Source: Gnetum montanum
Lineage: Eukaryota > Plantae > Gnetophyta
Direction of reading: 5' to 3'
Length of the DNA stretch: 64,000 bases
Assembly (NCBI GenBank): GCA_015680685.1
Contig: MNCI01000520.1
Coordinates: 102,301 to 166,300, forward strand
Under the pieces are notes generated by a model that was not told the DNA's origin, made no database searches, and saw only the letters and a program-made list of their open reading frames with translations. How positions within the stretch are numbered: position 1 is the stretch's first letter; the number at the start of each line of letters is the position of its first letter. The position numbers and the translations under genes are program-made. Below are positions 46,870 to 60,729 of the stretch, piece by piece.

Positions 46870-49700
46870 CCCCCATGAATAATCTATGTATATTATCTAG
46901 TAGATCTCTAAGTGTAAAATTAAGCATTAGCCATGCTTAGAGATGAAAGATATCCATTATGGTACTCTAGGTGTTGCTCATCAATTAGAAATGTATTAAC
47001 TAGATTGTTTGAATGACACATGCACATGACACTACATGACTAGGAAAGATCACAAGATATTTTCTTGTAGAGAATTCTCCCACGCTTATTCTTTCTACTA
47101 CTTTTGAGATGAAGGTCTTGGAAGATCAACCTAGTGTTGGTGATGCTTAGCCAAGCCCTTTCCATGATAACAAGAAACTTATCTTCCAATTTAGTTTTTG
47201 ACATAATCACCAAGAAATCTAGAAGATACAACTAGCTTACCATTTTTTTTATCACATCACTTACCTATCTCATAAGGTATGTGTAGGATTAATCTACTAG
47301 CTCCCACCAAATGTTGATACTCTTAAGAGGAGGAAGCCCCCAATTAAGGTACCATTACAACGAGATGATATTAACTCCTGATCCAAAGTCAAAGAAAGAT
47401 AAGCAATGATCCTTTTTTCTGATTTGAATTTCTACCATGGGACTACTAGGATCTAATCATTTTTTGGAATGTTATACTTCTTTGATTACTAGCATGGCTA
47501 TCTTCGACATGGAGATGGGGATAACATTACTATTAGATGTCATCTTATTATATTTGCTAGACATGGATATGGAACTTGTCCCTTAAATGGATGTTATGCT
47601 TTCATGGCATTTAGGAAACATCATCAAGACCTCCTAGATGTGAACTTCTATTTGTTATGTATTCATATCCCCCTCATAGAATGAAAAGAATGAGGTGAAC
47701 CTAGTCCCATGATGCTCATGTCTATGCCTACAAAAGAGTTTTCTATCATGGAACCTTGAAATTTTTGCCACAATCAAGTTAAGAGGATATTGGTAATATT
47801 TCCTAATTACATACATGGAATAAGTATTGGTGTAGTAGTTAATATTACAAGATTTGGCTTTCCTTGGCTAGAATTGACTAGGCATTCCACCTTACATGGG
47901 ACCAAGATGTAGAAACTTTTGTTGCTATTGAGGATCTTAATTGGTAGGACTACCTAGGGTAAATAGGTATTGCTAAGGTGTCATCAATAATGGTTGATAA
48001 GCACATGCTTATGCACCTTAATAGTAGGGGTTGACAAGAAGTGCCATCTATTGTTGCATTGGAGTAAGAAGATTCCATGAAGTAGCACCCCAAGGATTTG
48101 GAGATGCCATTATTGGTACTACTACATGGGTTGCAAATATGTACCTTCAGGATAGTATGCTTGGCTAAAATTTGGAATCCTTATTATTTTCCTTATAATG
48201 AACTTGGAATTAGTGGCATCCTAGATTGTCCCATCTCATCGTTCATGTGGGCTATGACTAGGCAGCACTATGAGTTAAAATGATCTACACAATATTTATA
48301 GGGATCGACATCACTAGAAGATGATGAAGCCTTATCTAGATATTCTTTAATGTTATTAAAATATGAGAGCTTACCTTTACCTTTATCTTCATACTTATTT
48401 TTGCATTCATGCAATGGAATTGCTTTGGTTTTTAGCTTCAACCACCTTACCCTCAATGTCTTTAAGGGCAGTGGTTATCTTGTCATCCATCACTTCTCAT
48501 ACTTGGTCCACTTTATGGGCCAAGTTTATCAAGGCCTTCTTGGTTTTAACTTGATCTTGAGTTAAGATCTCAATTGCAATGGGAGGTTCAACTATAACTT
48601 TAATTTTTTAGCTTTCCCTCTACATTCAAGATCATGATTGTACTCCTAAATGGACTATAACTTTCACCATTCACCCTCCATGCTTACAATGGTATACAAG
48701 AACACTTTGAATTGGGACGTAGACCTTATCTGTAACTAGTCCATCACATACATGTCCATGTGCTTCCTTATTTCTTACCTTAGGCCTTCCATAATTTTCA
48801 TTAACTACTTTCTTTAGCTAAAGTCATGGTTTGGAGAACAATGAGCAATTTTCATATATCTCTCAATGGCAATATCTAGAGGTTCATGGGTTCCTTATCT
48901 CCATCAAACTATCTCCTTCTAAATATTTGAAATGCAAGAATACACCTAAAGTTTTATGTAGAAAATTTTGACCATGTCTTTCCATATTTGAATTAAACTA
49001 GGAAGAAAGAACTTGTACTAGATTTCTATGTATTTGATAAAGGTGCAAGGAAACAATTGAAATTTCTACCAATCACTTATGATCCCTTGTAAGTAGCAAG
49101 CATTGTCAAAGGCATGCATGTGAAGTTTGGGATCATGACTAGTATGCCCTCTATATGTTGGAACATCTACCATGTTGATTTATTTAATGCAATTTTTCAT
49201 GAACATGCTCTTGTGATATGTGCATGGATTTAGCAAGTTCATGATAATCACTCTAGTTAAACAAAGGGGCATAATCATCACTAGAGAGTCTAGAAAAATG
49301 AAAATGCTAGAACCTAGCAAGAAGATCCTCATCTTGAGCTTTGGCTATACTTCTATTAGTAGTACTTGATCATGAGCCTTCATGAAGAAGTGATTGTTTT
49401 ACTTTTCTGTCTTCTTTATCCTTTTGATCTTCATCTAAATGGTCAAATGTAAAGTTGCAATAGGCATCCTCTTCCACCATTCAATCTCATATCTCTTGCA
49501 TATGCAAGGATTCATATTCATCATACACTAGCTCATGAGCTATGTCAAACATGTGTTCATTCTCTAGTCTAATGTTGATCAAGTCCTCTTTAAGATATGC
49601 GATGCAACCATAGCCACTCCCCTACATAACCATTCATGATCATCTCACCACCTCCCTTGCTTATCTTAATGATAAGCTAAAATATCCAATGAAAGGATCA
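46870..49700 (-). pseudogene. gag: Decayed gag-protease of F
   Basis: INMVDVPTYRGHTSHDPKLHMHAFDNACYLQG...QLFP (~49040-49190); protease DPSSPMVEIQI...DFGSGVNII...DFLVI...AWLS (~47140-47460). Confidence 0.85.
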
Positions 49701-49915
49701 GATCGTTCAAATGTACAAATGTGACAAAATTTCTTATTAATTTTGTTGCATTTCCTAAGGCCTTTGGTGGGCTTTATCAATATTTTACATACCAATTTTA
49801 TTCAACAAATGCACACAACACTAAAGAAATATACTTATTTTGAAAAATGTTAAGATAAGAAATGTGCAAGTATTTTTAGGGAATTTACCAATGCCTTTGT
49901 CAATAATGACACCAA

Positions 49916-51121
49916 TGATAGGGATCTCACTAGTTTTGACCAATAGGATTTATCATACAAAAGGTAGTGTGATCTAGTTGTAAGCTTTGAAGATGATGTT
50001 TAGTGAATTACCAAGAACACTTATGTATATCATTGCATTCAATAAATATAAAAGAGATCATAATACATATGACACAAGAAAAAGCTAGTGTTGTCATGTA
50101 GGAAATAGAGAAAATATTTATAATTTTTTATTTTATAATTTTTATGAATTTTATGAATATAATCATGAAATAATGATAAACACACATGAATTAAATTTTA
50201 TCTTAGGGATAGGTGTAATGATCATGTTGCAATCCCTTATTAGGTAGATGCAATACCACATGAAGAAAGCAAGAAATGCCTCTTAGTCACAACCTCGATG
50301 GCTCAACACTATGCCATATAGTTATGACATCCTTGGATAAGGATGAATTTTTCAAACTTAATGAAATGAGAATCAAATAAGTATTTTTAAAGTTTTAATG
50401 TTTAAGGCATCAATGGTAGAACAAGGAAAAATTATTAACTCTATTCACCATCCAAATACTAGAATTTGGATTAACTAAATGATTCCAGGTTACATAAGAA
50501 AGATAACACTCCAATAAAGTATAGTTACACTTGTGAAAGAAATGACATAAAATACACATACAAACAAGGAAGAAAATTAACTTGCCCAATGGAGGAAGAT
50601 CTCTTCATAGAAAAGAGAATGGTAAAAACCAAATGAAATGCCTAAGAATGAATGGTTATGTGTGAGAGCTCATCCCAAGTATTATAGTTTTTTAGGAACA
50701 ATGGAAAAGGTTCACTAGTGCCTAAGCATCAAGATAACCTAGGAAACCTGGAATCGCACCATACATGAAGAGGCTAAACCAAGCCTAATAGGGGGATGCA
50801 TCAACACCCTTGAATGATGTAGGGGGTGTGCTAACATAGGGTAGTTAGCACATCCCCTCCTCATCACACCATCCACTAGCTTTGGATGAAAGTTAAAACA
50901 TTAGAAAACATGTTGGAAGGATCTTAGGATATTTGAACAAAGCCAAAAACATCTTGCAAAGCCTAAAACATGCACAAAATTTAGAAATATGAGGCAAAGA
51001 TGCAAACTTGGGAGGCATAAACCTCAATCATGTATGCTAGAACTATAAAGACAAGAATGAAATACATTCTAAGCCTAGGACTTATAATGAACTTTATAAA
51101 ATGCCACTCAACGACTCATCA
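49916..51121 (-). repeat. 5' LTR of element F (~1.2 kb)
   Basis: TGATAGG...CTCATCA; homologous to 53775-55046 and 63893-64000. Confidence 0.85.
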
Positions 51122-53774
51122 ACACCTAAGTATATCAAAAAAATATAAAATTATGGGACATGAAAGATATTCCACATGTGTTCTCAAAGTTTTTTTATGG
51201 TCTTTGCACTCACTTTTTTATCATCTTTAACAGTGGTAAGCATCATCCCTAAAAAATAAATAATGAAATATATTATATTAATTATTAACTAAATTTTTGT
51301 TTATAAAATGAATAGATGGTGTTGTACTTACACTAATTTGTTGAATCTTTACTTGCTATGTTTTAGTTAAGGATTTTAAAAGAACAGACACTTGTTGCAT
51401 TTCCTAATGAAAAAAGAAATTTTCAATAGTTCAACTCTTTTTCTAAATAAATATTTCTTACTATAGTATTTATGTAAATAAACCAATATATTTACCAAGT
51501 CTTTATTTTTTTGTCTCTTTGTCATCATCAAAGTCACTATATGTGTTCTCAACCCCTTTACTTTGTGTCTCCATTTTAATGTCCTTTCCTTTAGTATCCT
51601 GAATTTCTGAAATTAATAAATGAACTCAATACATTTTCTTGAAAATAATAAAAAATCAATATATAAAAAGGAATTTTTGTTTCTACATGTTTCACAATCT
51701 CATTGTGTTTTGGGTGTTCTTGTTGATTTTGATCTTCATCATCATCCAAAACATAAGTCTCCTATTTATGGTAAATGCATTAGACATAATAAACGAATTT
51801 CAATAAACAAAAGTAATTCGAAAAGTAATTTATTTTCTTCTTAATAGATTCACATGCCTTATCAATTGACTTTTCCTTCAAACTTATTATAATATCTTTT
51901 TAAACACCCTTAATTTCCAAAATATTCTTATAATACTCTTTTGTTAATTTTATATCATATGGCTTCTCTACCATTGAGTTTAATTTTTTTGTTATTACAA
52001 TTTACAAACGGTAATGTAGATCATCATCATGCAAAAATATAATACCAATGTCAGTATATGCACATAATGCTCTTAAGAGACTACTATAATAGAAAAATGA
52101 TCTGATAAAGGTGGTATCTTTGGTAATCATTTTATCCTTCAACATATCTTTTTTTAATTTTGGCATTTTTTTTCATTCTATGTTGTTTATTATGCATAGT
52201 GATTGAATTTATTGGTTACATTTGTTATTCTATCATTAATGATATTGCTACATGTTATACCTTTTAATTATTCTATGAAAATCTTATTTACTCATTACTT
52301 TGCAGTTGTTAATTCACATACAGTAGATAATAACTTCAATATTGTTATTTATTAACTTGTCATTTATATGATGTAGTATATAACTTAACATACTTTGTTC
52401 ATAATTAAAATAGAATAAACATGCAAAATTTTTGTAGACAACAATCTTTTCAAGACAATTACAAATAATTTTGTACATCATGATAAAAACATATTGTACA
52501 AAAGATAAACTTACATAATTTTACAAGATAAAAATCTTTATAGTACCTATAATAAATATAATGAAGACATGGTTGTAACCTAATATTTTTAAATAATATC
52601 ATGGGCATACATTTCCCCTGATTGTTTAGGCTAATGTAATTTATTACAAGTTAAGAAATATTGAATATATTGATGAAGAAATAAGGTGAAATTGTTAGCC
52701 AAATTTGGATCATACGTATCTACTTCTAGAAAATTATACATGTGCTCTTACAATATTTTTTCAGTGCTATCATCTATTATAATGATATTACACTTTTTAT
52801 ATTGATCTTTATATCTTGCAAACACTTTTTCCAATGATTTCTAGAATAGAAGCTTTGAATGTTGAGTAGCTATAACTCTCAAGTAATTTTGTTTCTATTC
52901 AATTAGTAAATAGTCTTCCTTTGCAAAACCCAACTTTGATTGATAGCTTCTACCTTCAAAAATCTCATGCATATAGAAGTCACATTTCTGCAATTTCAAA
53001 AATACTAAACTCCAATGTCTATTCCTTCATCCTGCAACAAATTCAAGAAATCTGTAATTCCTAGACTTAGAAAGTAGTATTTTAGTCTTATATATAGATC
53101 ATGCAACTATTTAATTTCTTGCAATGTTGTCTTTACAATTTCATGAACTAATTTTAATATAATATCATTTAAATTGAGAACTACCAATCATTTTTTCATT
53201 TCCTTATCCTAAAGCTTACCTACATGTGAATTGCATTTGATTAGTAATAGGTAAAGATGATTATGACATAAATAAAATGCTTATCTTTCCAATTGTCATA
53301 ATTAATATTAACATTAAATGATAATTAATTTCAACATATTCACAATATATACATTTTTCAATTTATAGACATATAAATAAAACTAAGCATTATAAAATGC
53401 AATTGTTTATGATTTATAAAGTTCATTTACCTAATATATTCTATCCATTTTTGTACAACACTAGGTATGTTTAGAATAACCCATATCATTTTTTTCTCAT
53501 TTTTAACATCTTTATTTGAGAGAATACTAATGGATTATCATTTTGATAATTATATATGTCTTTAATTAGAAAAATCCTATACTCAAATATGTTGCTTTAA
53601 TAAGGCACGTCTATTCAAAATTTCTATATCTATACATTCTTCTAAAAGGATTAGGTTTCTAGTTATTTATTCAAGTTCAATTAATTTCAGAACTATCTCT
53701 ATACAACTAAACTAAGTTTTCTACTTTTATAATGGATCATAGTAGCATATATTTTATTGCTCTAAATCAACTAT

Positions 53775-55046
53775 TGATGGGGATCCTCTCGATTTTGGCC
53801 CACTAGGATTTATCATACAAATTACAATGTGATCTGATTGTAACCTTCAAAGATAATGTTGAGTAGATTGCTAAGAATATTCATGTATATCATTGCATTC
53901 AAGAATTATAAAAGAGAATATAATACATAAAGTACAATTAGAAGCCTATGTTACCATAGTGAGAGATTGAAAAAATATTTATCATTTTATGTTTTATAAT
54001 TTTTATTGATTTTAGAAATATAAGAAATAGGATGATAATAAACATACATACATTACAATTCCTCTTAAGCACATGTATAATGTTTGTGTTGCAATCCCTC
54101 TTGGGAAAATATACAACAACATACATGTAATGCAGATAAAATATCTCTTAGTCAAAATCTCAGTAGTCTAATATCATGTTGTATAGTTTTGACCTTCTTG
54201 GGAAAGGATGAATCATTACAACTTATGAAAATGAGAGTTAAATAAATATTTTTATGGTTTTTAATGTCTTATAATTGTTTTTTGTGTTTTACTATTTAAG
54301 GAATCAATGATAAAATGAGGGAAAATCATAACATTTATTCACCATGTAGACAATGGACTCTGCATTGACTAAATGATTCTAGGCTATGAAAGCATGGTAG
54401 TACTCAAACAAAGTCTAGTTGCACTTGTAAAAGAGATGACTTAAAACACATACAAAACAAGAAAAAAAACCAACTTACCCAAGGAAGAAAAATCTCTTCA
54501 CATAAAACAATGCTAACAACTAAATGAAAAATGCTTGAAATTAACTTGTTAAGTGTAAGAGCTCATTCCAAGTATTTATAGTTTTCACATGAGAATGGAA
54601 GAGGTTTGATAGTTCTTAGGAACTAACAAAGGCTTGTCAACATAACCTATACAAATCCTAGACACACATGGATCAAGGTAAAGTAAACTAATCTTGCTAG
54701 GGAGATGCAACAATACTTTTGTGCTGATGTAGGGGGTGAGTTGGTGTAGGATAGTTAGTGGATCTCCACCTCCTAAAAATCACACTTTCTTATTTTCTAT
54801 CCAAGTGTAAGATAGAATCTAAGAAAGCATTCTAGAAGGATCTTAGTATATTTGAATGAAGTTGGAACCATCCTAGAGAGCTTGGAATTATGCATACGAC
54901 CTCAAAGTATGACCTAGGGGAAGAGTACCTCTTGGAAAACTAAGAACCACTATCGAACACGCTAGATCACAAACACCAAGTATTGAAACACTTTTTGAAT
55001 TGAGGAATTATAATTAACATACATAATATCACTGGATGACTCATCA
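53775..55046 (-). repeat. 3' LTR of element G (1272 bp)
   Basis: TGATGG...CTCATCA; first ~110 bp match 63893-64000. Confidence 0.85.
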
Positions 55047-55249
55047 TTATTCCATGACTAATTTAAGATAGTCTCATAGCTTTAAAATAAAAAATATAAA
55101 ATTGGAACTAGACACTTAACATGAATAATGTGGAGAAAGAAAACTATATAGACATACAGACCATGACTATAACATAATACAATACAAGCCACCTCATCAA
55201 GAAATGCTATAGGGTGATGGTTGAAAGAAGAAGACCCTTGACATGCCTA

Positions 55250-57950
55250 GTTGGTATGAGAAGAAGCTTGAAGAGATAGATATGGACATATGAAATCTAT
55301 GAAGTTGTGCTTCTAGGACCATTAACCTTGATTAGAGCTACTGATTTTATTCATGCATCAGTCTCTACTATCAAAGAAGTATTTATCATTATTCCTCAAC
55401 ATCAACCTAGAACTACTTATGACTCCTATTTACAAGAAAGAGCTCACACTGGGCTATGGCCAACTTGACCACTAGTCGATAGAGTTTCTCTTCTATCTTT
55501 GTGTGAAGTTGACTTGCAAAAGTTTAGATGACATAAATATACATCTATGTTGCCTACACATTCTCTTCATCTTTCTTGAATCTCCTCTCAAGAACAATGA
55601 CAACTACTTTATGGCAAATGATGTACATGTTTTTCAAAAGATCAATATTTTCCTATAGTACTAGTTCACTTATGACCATTTGTTAGTGTTTAGTGTGTAA
55701 GGTATCAAATTTTTTCTTCATCTTGCATCTCTCTTTGATTACATGTTCATTCAGAGCAGCTACAAGCTTGTGCAATCTACACACATTGACATCACAGGTT
55801 TTCTACTCAATTAGATGGATCTTTCTAAGCTAATTAGTTTCCTTGGCAATATTATTATTCATCTCCTACTGCAAGTTCCAATACTCTTTTTCCATATGAA
55901 GATACTTGTCCCAAAATTAAGCCATGATTTGACTCTCATCCTCTAATCTTCATACCTATTAGAAAATGGAGAGTACATGTTTCCCCTTCTCCTAAATCAT
56001 TCTTGTCCACTCTTAGGATTGCTACTATAACATTTTGATTTGTTACTCTAAGCTAACTCTGATAAACATGACTTATTCACCAACCTAGCTTTCCTACAAT
56101 AGTTTAGCCTACAGGAACTTAATCCAAACCTCTAGAGAGATGGTGGAAGGTGTTGGTATTAATAGTATGAGATTTTCTAATTGTTCATGTAACTTTCATA
56201 TCTTAGCTTGACTTCTTTGTAATTCCCTCAAATGAAACATTCTATCAGCATTAGTAGTCTCCAACTCAGCTTGTACCTTGATGAATTTAGTCTTCATGGT
56301 ATTGTCGATATTTCTCAATAGTAACTTAGTGCTAGGATCAACTTTCTACTTCTCTTCAACCCAAAAGGTAGCCCCAAGTTGATCAATGGGTACTTGGATG
56401 ACCTCTACCACATGCTAGACGTTGTGAATGTTGCACCTTAGTTGATGTGATGAGAAAATAATCTATGAAGAAAAATGAGTTTGAGACTAAATAGAGGCAT
56501 AAAATTAAGCCATGGATGATCATCTAGTAAGTAGAATAGAACTAGAAGAAATACTCTCATATTGTCTCACCACCCACAATGGCTCCCATCATCTTCAAGA
56601 AATTATTGCCAAGGTCAAAAGAACTCAACATGAATTGTGGTAGCTTGTCCCTCACCTTCAATGTGCATTACCATCTAGGAAGAAGTTCCTAGCTTTGTCT
56701 AATGCTAAAACCAAGAGGTTATGAAATGTATCTGCTTGGACATTACACCTACATTCATTGATATACTTGAGGGTCTATTGCTACTCTTGTTTAATGTTGA
56801 TAAAGCTAGTCTAAAGGTTAGATACGAGATATCTCTATTACATCCATCACATACTTTGAATCTGAAATTGCTCTAATAACCTTTGGATGTTTCCTTAGAG
56901 AAATCACCATTACATTCTTCTAGTTTGTCATTCTTGCTATTATAAGATGCTTTCTCACATGGATTCATACCTACTAGTTTATAAAATTTTCGGATTAACA
57001 CTAGAAATTCATAGGCCTTCCTCTTATCCTTGGCCACATCTTCAATTTTCAAGATTAAGGCCTTGTAGAAAAAATAGGAAATGTTGATGAAACATTTTTC
57101 CCTCATCATGACTATAACTTTTATCTCTTAAGAAAATATACTTGATAGTCATTTGATGAGAAAAAAGTTATGGGCAATGATTTTGTACATGGAATTTTAA
57201 AGTAAGGGAAGTTTAGACATATTCACCTTCACTTTGTCCCTATAAAAGGCCTTAAAGAGGACTTTGACATGAGCTTGGGCTCAACCTTTTGGATAGATAA
57301 CTACTAATTGTTCACTAGTTCATTCGAATATCCCATAGCCCTTGAGATTACCCATGTGGAAATAGGCATAGGAACTCCACCAAAACAATTCATGGCATCA
57401 TTAGCAATAAGGTAATGGTAGAATTCCTCTACCTCATACCTCATATCAATATCATATGAAGGGTTTGGTGATGTATTCATAGAAGTCTATCTACTACAAC
57501 AACTCCTTAAGCTCAAGAGAACCAAGCTAAAGGAACTAATGATAATTTTTTTCCTCATTAATGGGTTGCTGCTACACATCATGCATACCCATGTCTTCTT
57601 GGATGTCATTAGAATCCTCATCTTTCTCTCTTTCTATCTCCTCTAATACTTGTTCGATTACTTGCTACTATGCACATGCTCAACACAAAGATTGAGAAAG
57701 CGACTATCTACCTTCTAATATACTTCTAGTTCGAGGTCATTCTAGAGTAAGACCTACATGCTCTAAATTAGAATATATGAGTTCCTATCATTCCTCCTCC
57801 TTAGGAACCACTAGTTCAGACAAGGATTCATAGATAGTGGTCTAAGATTATTTGATCTTAGTTCTGCTTGGTGTATGAAGCTTGGATCGTAAACACCCCA
57901 ACATGATGAGCTATAAAGACTACTAAAAATTAAGAGAGTTTCCTATGCAT
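55250..57950 (-). pseudogene. Decayed 3' (env-like) ORF of G
   Basis: SMYKIIAHNF...MMREKCFINISYFFYKALILKIEDVAKDKRKAYEFLVLIRKFY; colinear with the F 3' ORF. Confidence 0.6.
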
Positions 57951-60729
57951 TATACTACAATTGCAAAAATTATGCATGAAAATAATTATAAATACAACTC
58001 TTGGAAATAGTTGAGAAGCATTATAGCAACTATTAGATCATGGAATACATGGGAAAAGTATAAATAAGGTAGAAATAATTAAATAAGAATCAAATGAATT
58101 AAATACATATCTAATTTGGTGTCTCTCCCCCATAACTAAGTTGCAAGAAATTAGGTTTTAACCATAGCTAGAACACCACGGATAAGAAAGGCCAAGAAGA
58201 AAACTTGCAAAAATACCACTAGTCAAACCATTTAGATGAAAAATTGGTAGAGTTTTGTTATTTGCAACTACTAGAGGTAAAGGAAAGAAAAAAAAATGCA
58301 AACTAAGAAATGCATTTGGAAGAACCCCATAATATATAGTGGTGCATTAGTACTAGGGGGGATGTGTTGGCATAGTGAGACTAATGGCCTACGCTAATGT
58401 AGGATGTGCATTAGTGCACCCTTCCAAATCTAAGGAAGATGCCAAAAATTATCAAAAATGCTTAAAATTAACTTATTCTACTGCTAGGGCCACATGTAAG
58501 CTTTACAACATGCCTAAAATCATCACAAATTGATCTCACAAGAGATACAAGGAGCAAGATAACAAGAACATTAGAAAATTACCTTGATGATATCATGGAT
58601 CATGGGAAAGAAGTTGATGATTAATATATGCATTTCCATGAACCTAAAGATAGAAAATAAGGACTAAAATAATAGAATAGTGATTACAACACCAATAATA
58701 ATAGAATATAAACATAACTAAGGTGAACAATAGAGTTTGTTATGATCAAACCTTGAAGCATGAAGAGTCAATAGTCATACAAGTGAGAGACTAATCAAGT
58801 GCCTTATGCAATGTAACCCTCACCATCACTAGGAGATAAGTGTTAGCTTACTTGCTTGCAATTTCAATCCATCAAGGATTCATAAGTAGGTCCTCCCCAA
58901 AAAAATAACTTGTCTTTCTTACCCTTGTAAAACATGTTGATGAGACACTCATGGATTTCCAATAGCCAATGAGACATTAGCACCAAGTGTGAGTCCATCT
59001 CCTTGGATGGAAAAATCTCATCCTTTACGTTGCCTAATCAACTTCTTGCCATACACAACCATGGATAAGAATGGAATGGAATATATGGAGAATGAATAAT
59101 GAATGAGAGAGAGAAAGGAAGAGAGTGCAATATTACTAGATCCCTAACCAACCATTCAATTATCTCATGGAGCATGTGAGAACATCCTACATCCCATGAG
59201 AGATTTTTCATTACATCCTTTTACTACTACTCATTCATATAATAGGAATTGACCACCAAGCACCAGGTCATATCTACTACCATTGCCAGTGTTATCTAGC
59301 CTTGATTATTCTATAGTTTAAAGAAAAATGGAACTAAACTAAGGTAAAATGTGACCAAAAATCTAGAATTCAAAATTCCAGTTTGTTTTTCCTTCATCCA
59401 TCAATGTATGCACAACAACCTCTTCAAATATTTCTCTACCAAAAACCTCTCATTGACCACTTGGAAATACTCACCAATCCCACATCCTAACAAAGATTAT
59501 GAAACCATGACCAAATAAATAAATATTCTAGGTTTGAATGTCATCAAGGCTTGTATCAAGAGTGATGATTTTTTACCCTTAGAACAAATGACTAGAAACT
59601 TGAGTGGAAGCAATAATTAACATTACCAAAGTTTACTAAGAGACATACTTCTAGGTATTCATGGCACTTCATAGGAATAAGCAAGGGATTGTCTTGGACT
59701 ATGGCATTTTTAGAAGTCAAGTGATATAGACAATGGGTTGAATAGGAGAAAGGTTTGCATAGGCATGGGTTCAACCATTAATTTTATTTTAATGTGAGAA
59801 AATATAAGATCAATTTGGTTGGTTAAAATATCAATTGAATGACAAAAAATCTTGAAATAATCTTTCTCTTTTCATCATCTCTTTACTTTTTCTTTTCTTT
59901 CTTTCTTTTCACTTTTCATTTTCATTCATTATTTTTTTCATTTTTCCTTCATTATTTTTTTCATTTTTCATCATATATATTTTTTTCTTTTCATTTATTT
60001 CATAGGAAGAGACATTTTAATAGAGGATGAGAATCATGAAAATTGATTAGAATTTTAGATCACCATTTGGAGTCTTCAACTTGAATGAATATGAGAGTTC
60101 ATACCCCATAACATGACACACATATGTTTGTAACATCACAACCCTCTTCTGACCAAGGTGGCCAAGTAAGGAAACATGTGCATCTTAGTCCAGACACACT
60201 AATTAGATCCATCTAGTAATCACAAGGACTTTCAATGATACAAACGTTTCTTACTAGAGACCAAGAACTCTTCTAGGATTCTAGAGCTCACACCCTAAGG
60301 TATGGGTCCACCAACTATCCATGGTTCCAGTATCATTAGCCTTAACAACTTGTAGTGTGAGTCCTAAGTCTTTGCTAAATCTAAGCCTAGTTCACCAATG
60401 ATGGATAGAAGAAAAGTAAGTAGATGAATTTCATTGCATGGACATTCCATTAATCAAAACACCAATTTAGACCCATTTGACACTCTTGCATGATCATTGC
60501 ATCTATAACTCATCCATCCACCATTGGATTATTGGATGAGCATTCATATAGCACATTAATTGATTTTCCCATACACACAAATAAAAATACTCTAAAAATA
60601 TGAAAATATCATGATTGGTTATTCATTAGCCTAAAAAAGTACAAAATTTAAACTAAACACACTAATCCTTATTCAATACACAAACAAGAATAGCAAAAAA
60701 ATAAAATTTTGACATGGCATGAAGGATTC

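Larger units (their letters stand above)
39186..51121 (-). mobile_element. Element F: old Athila-like element, gag-protease plus 3' ORF, no RT/RH/INT; 3' LTR reduced to ~55 bp
   Basis: 5' LTR 49916-51121; degenerate Asp PBS ~49897-49914; LTR remnant 39186-39241 matches 51070-51121; colinear with G throughout. Confidence 0.85.

Noticed and set aside
51122-53774. Possible host gene between F and G
   Set aside because: No ORF of meaningful length or recognisable motif; very AT-rich.
49916-55046. F 5' LTR and G 3' LTR as the two LTRs of one small element
   Set aside because: The PBS and PPT sit on the outer sides of this pair, there is no shared TSD, and each LTR belongs to its own interior.
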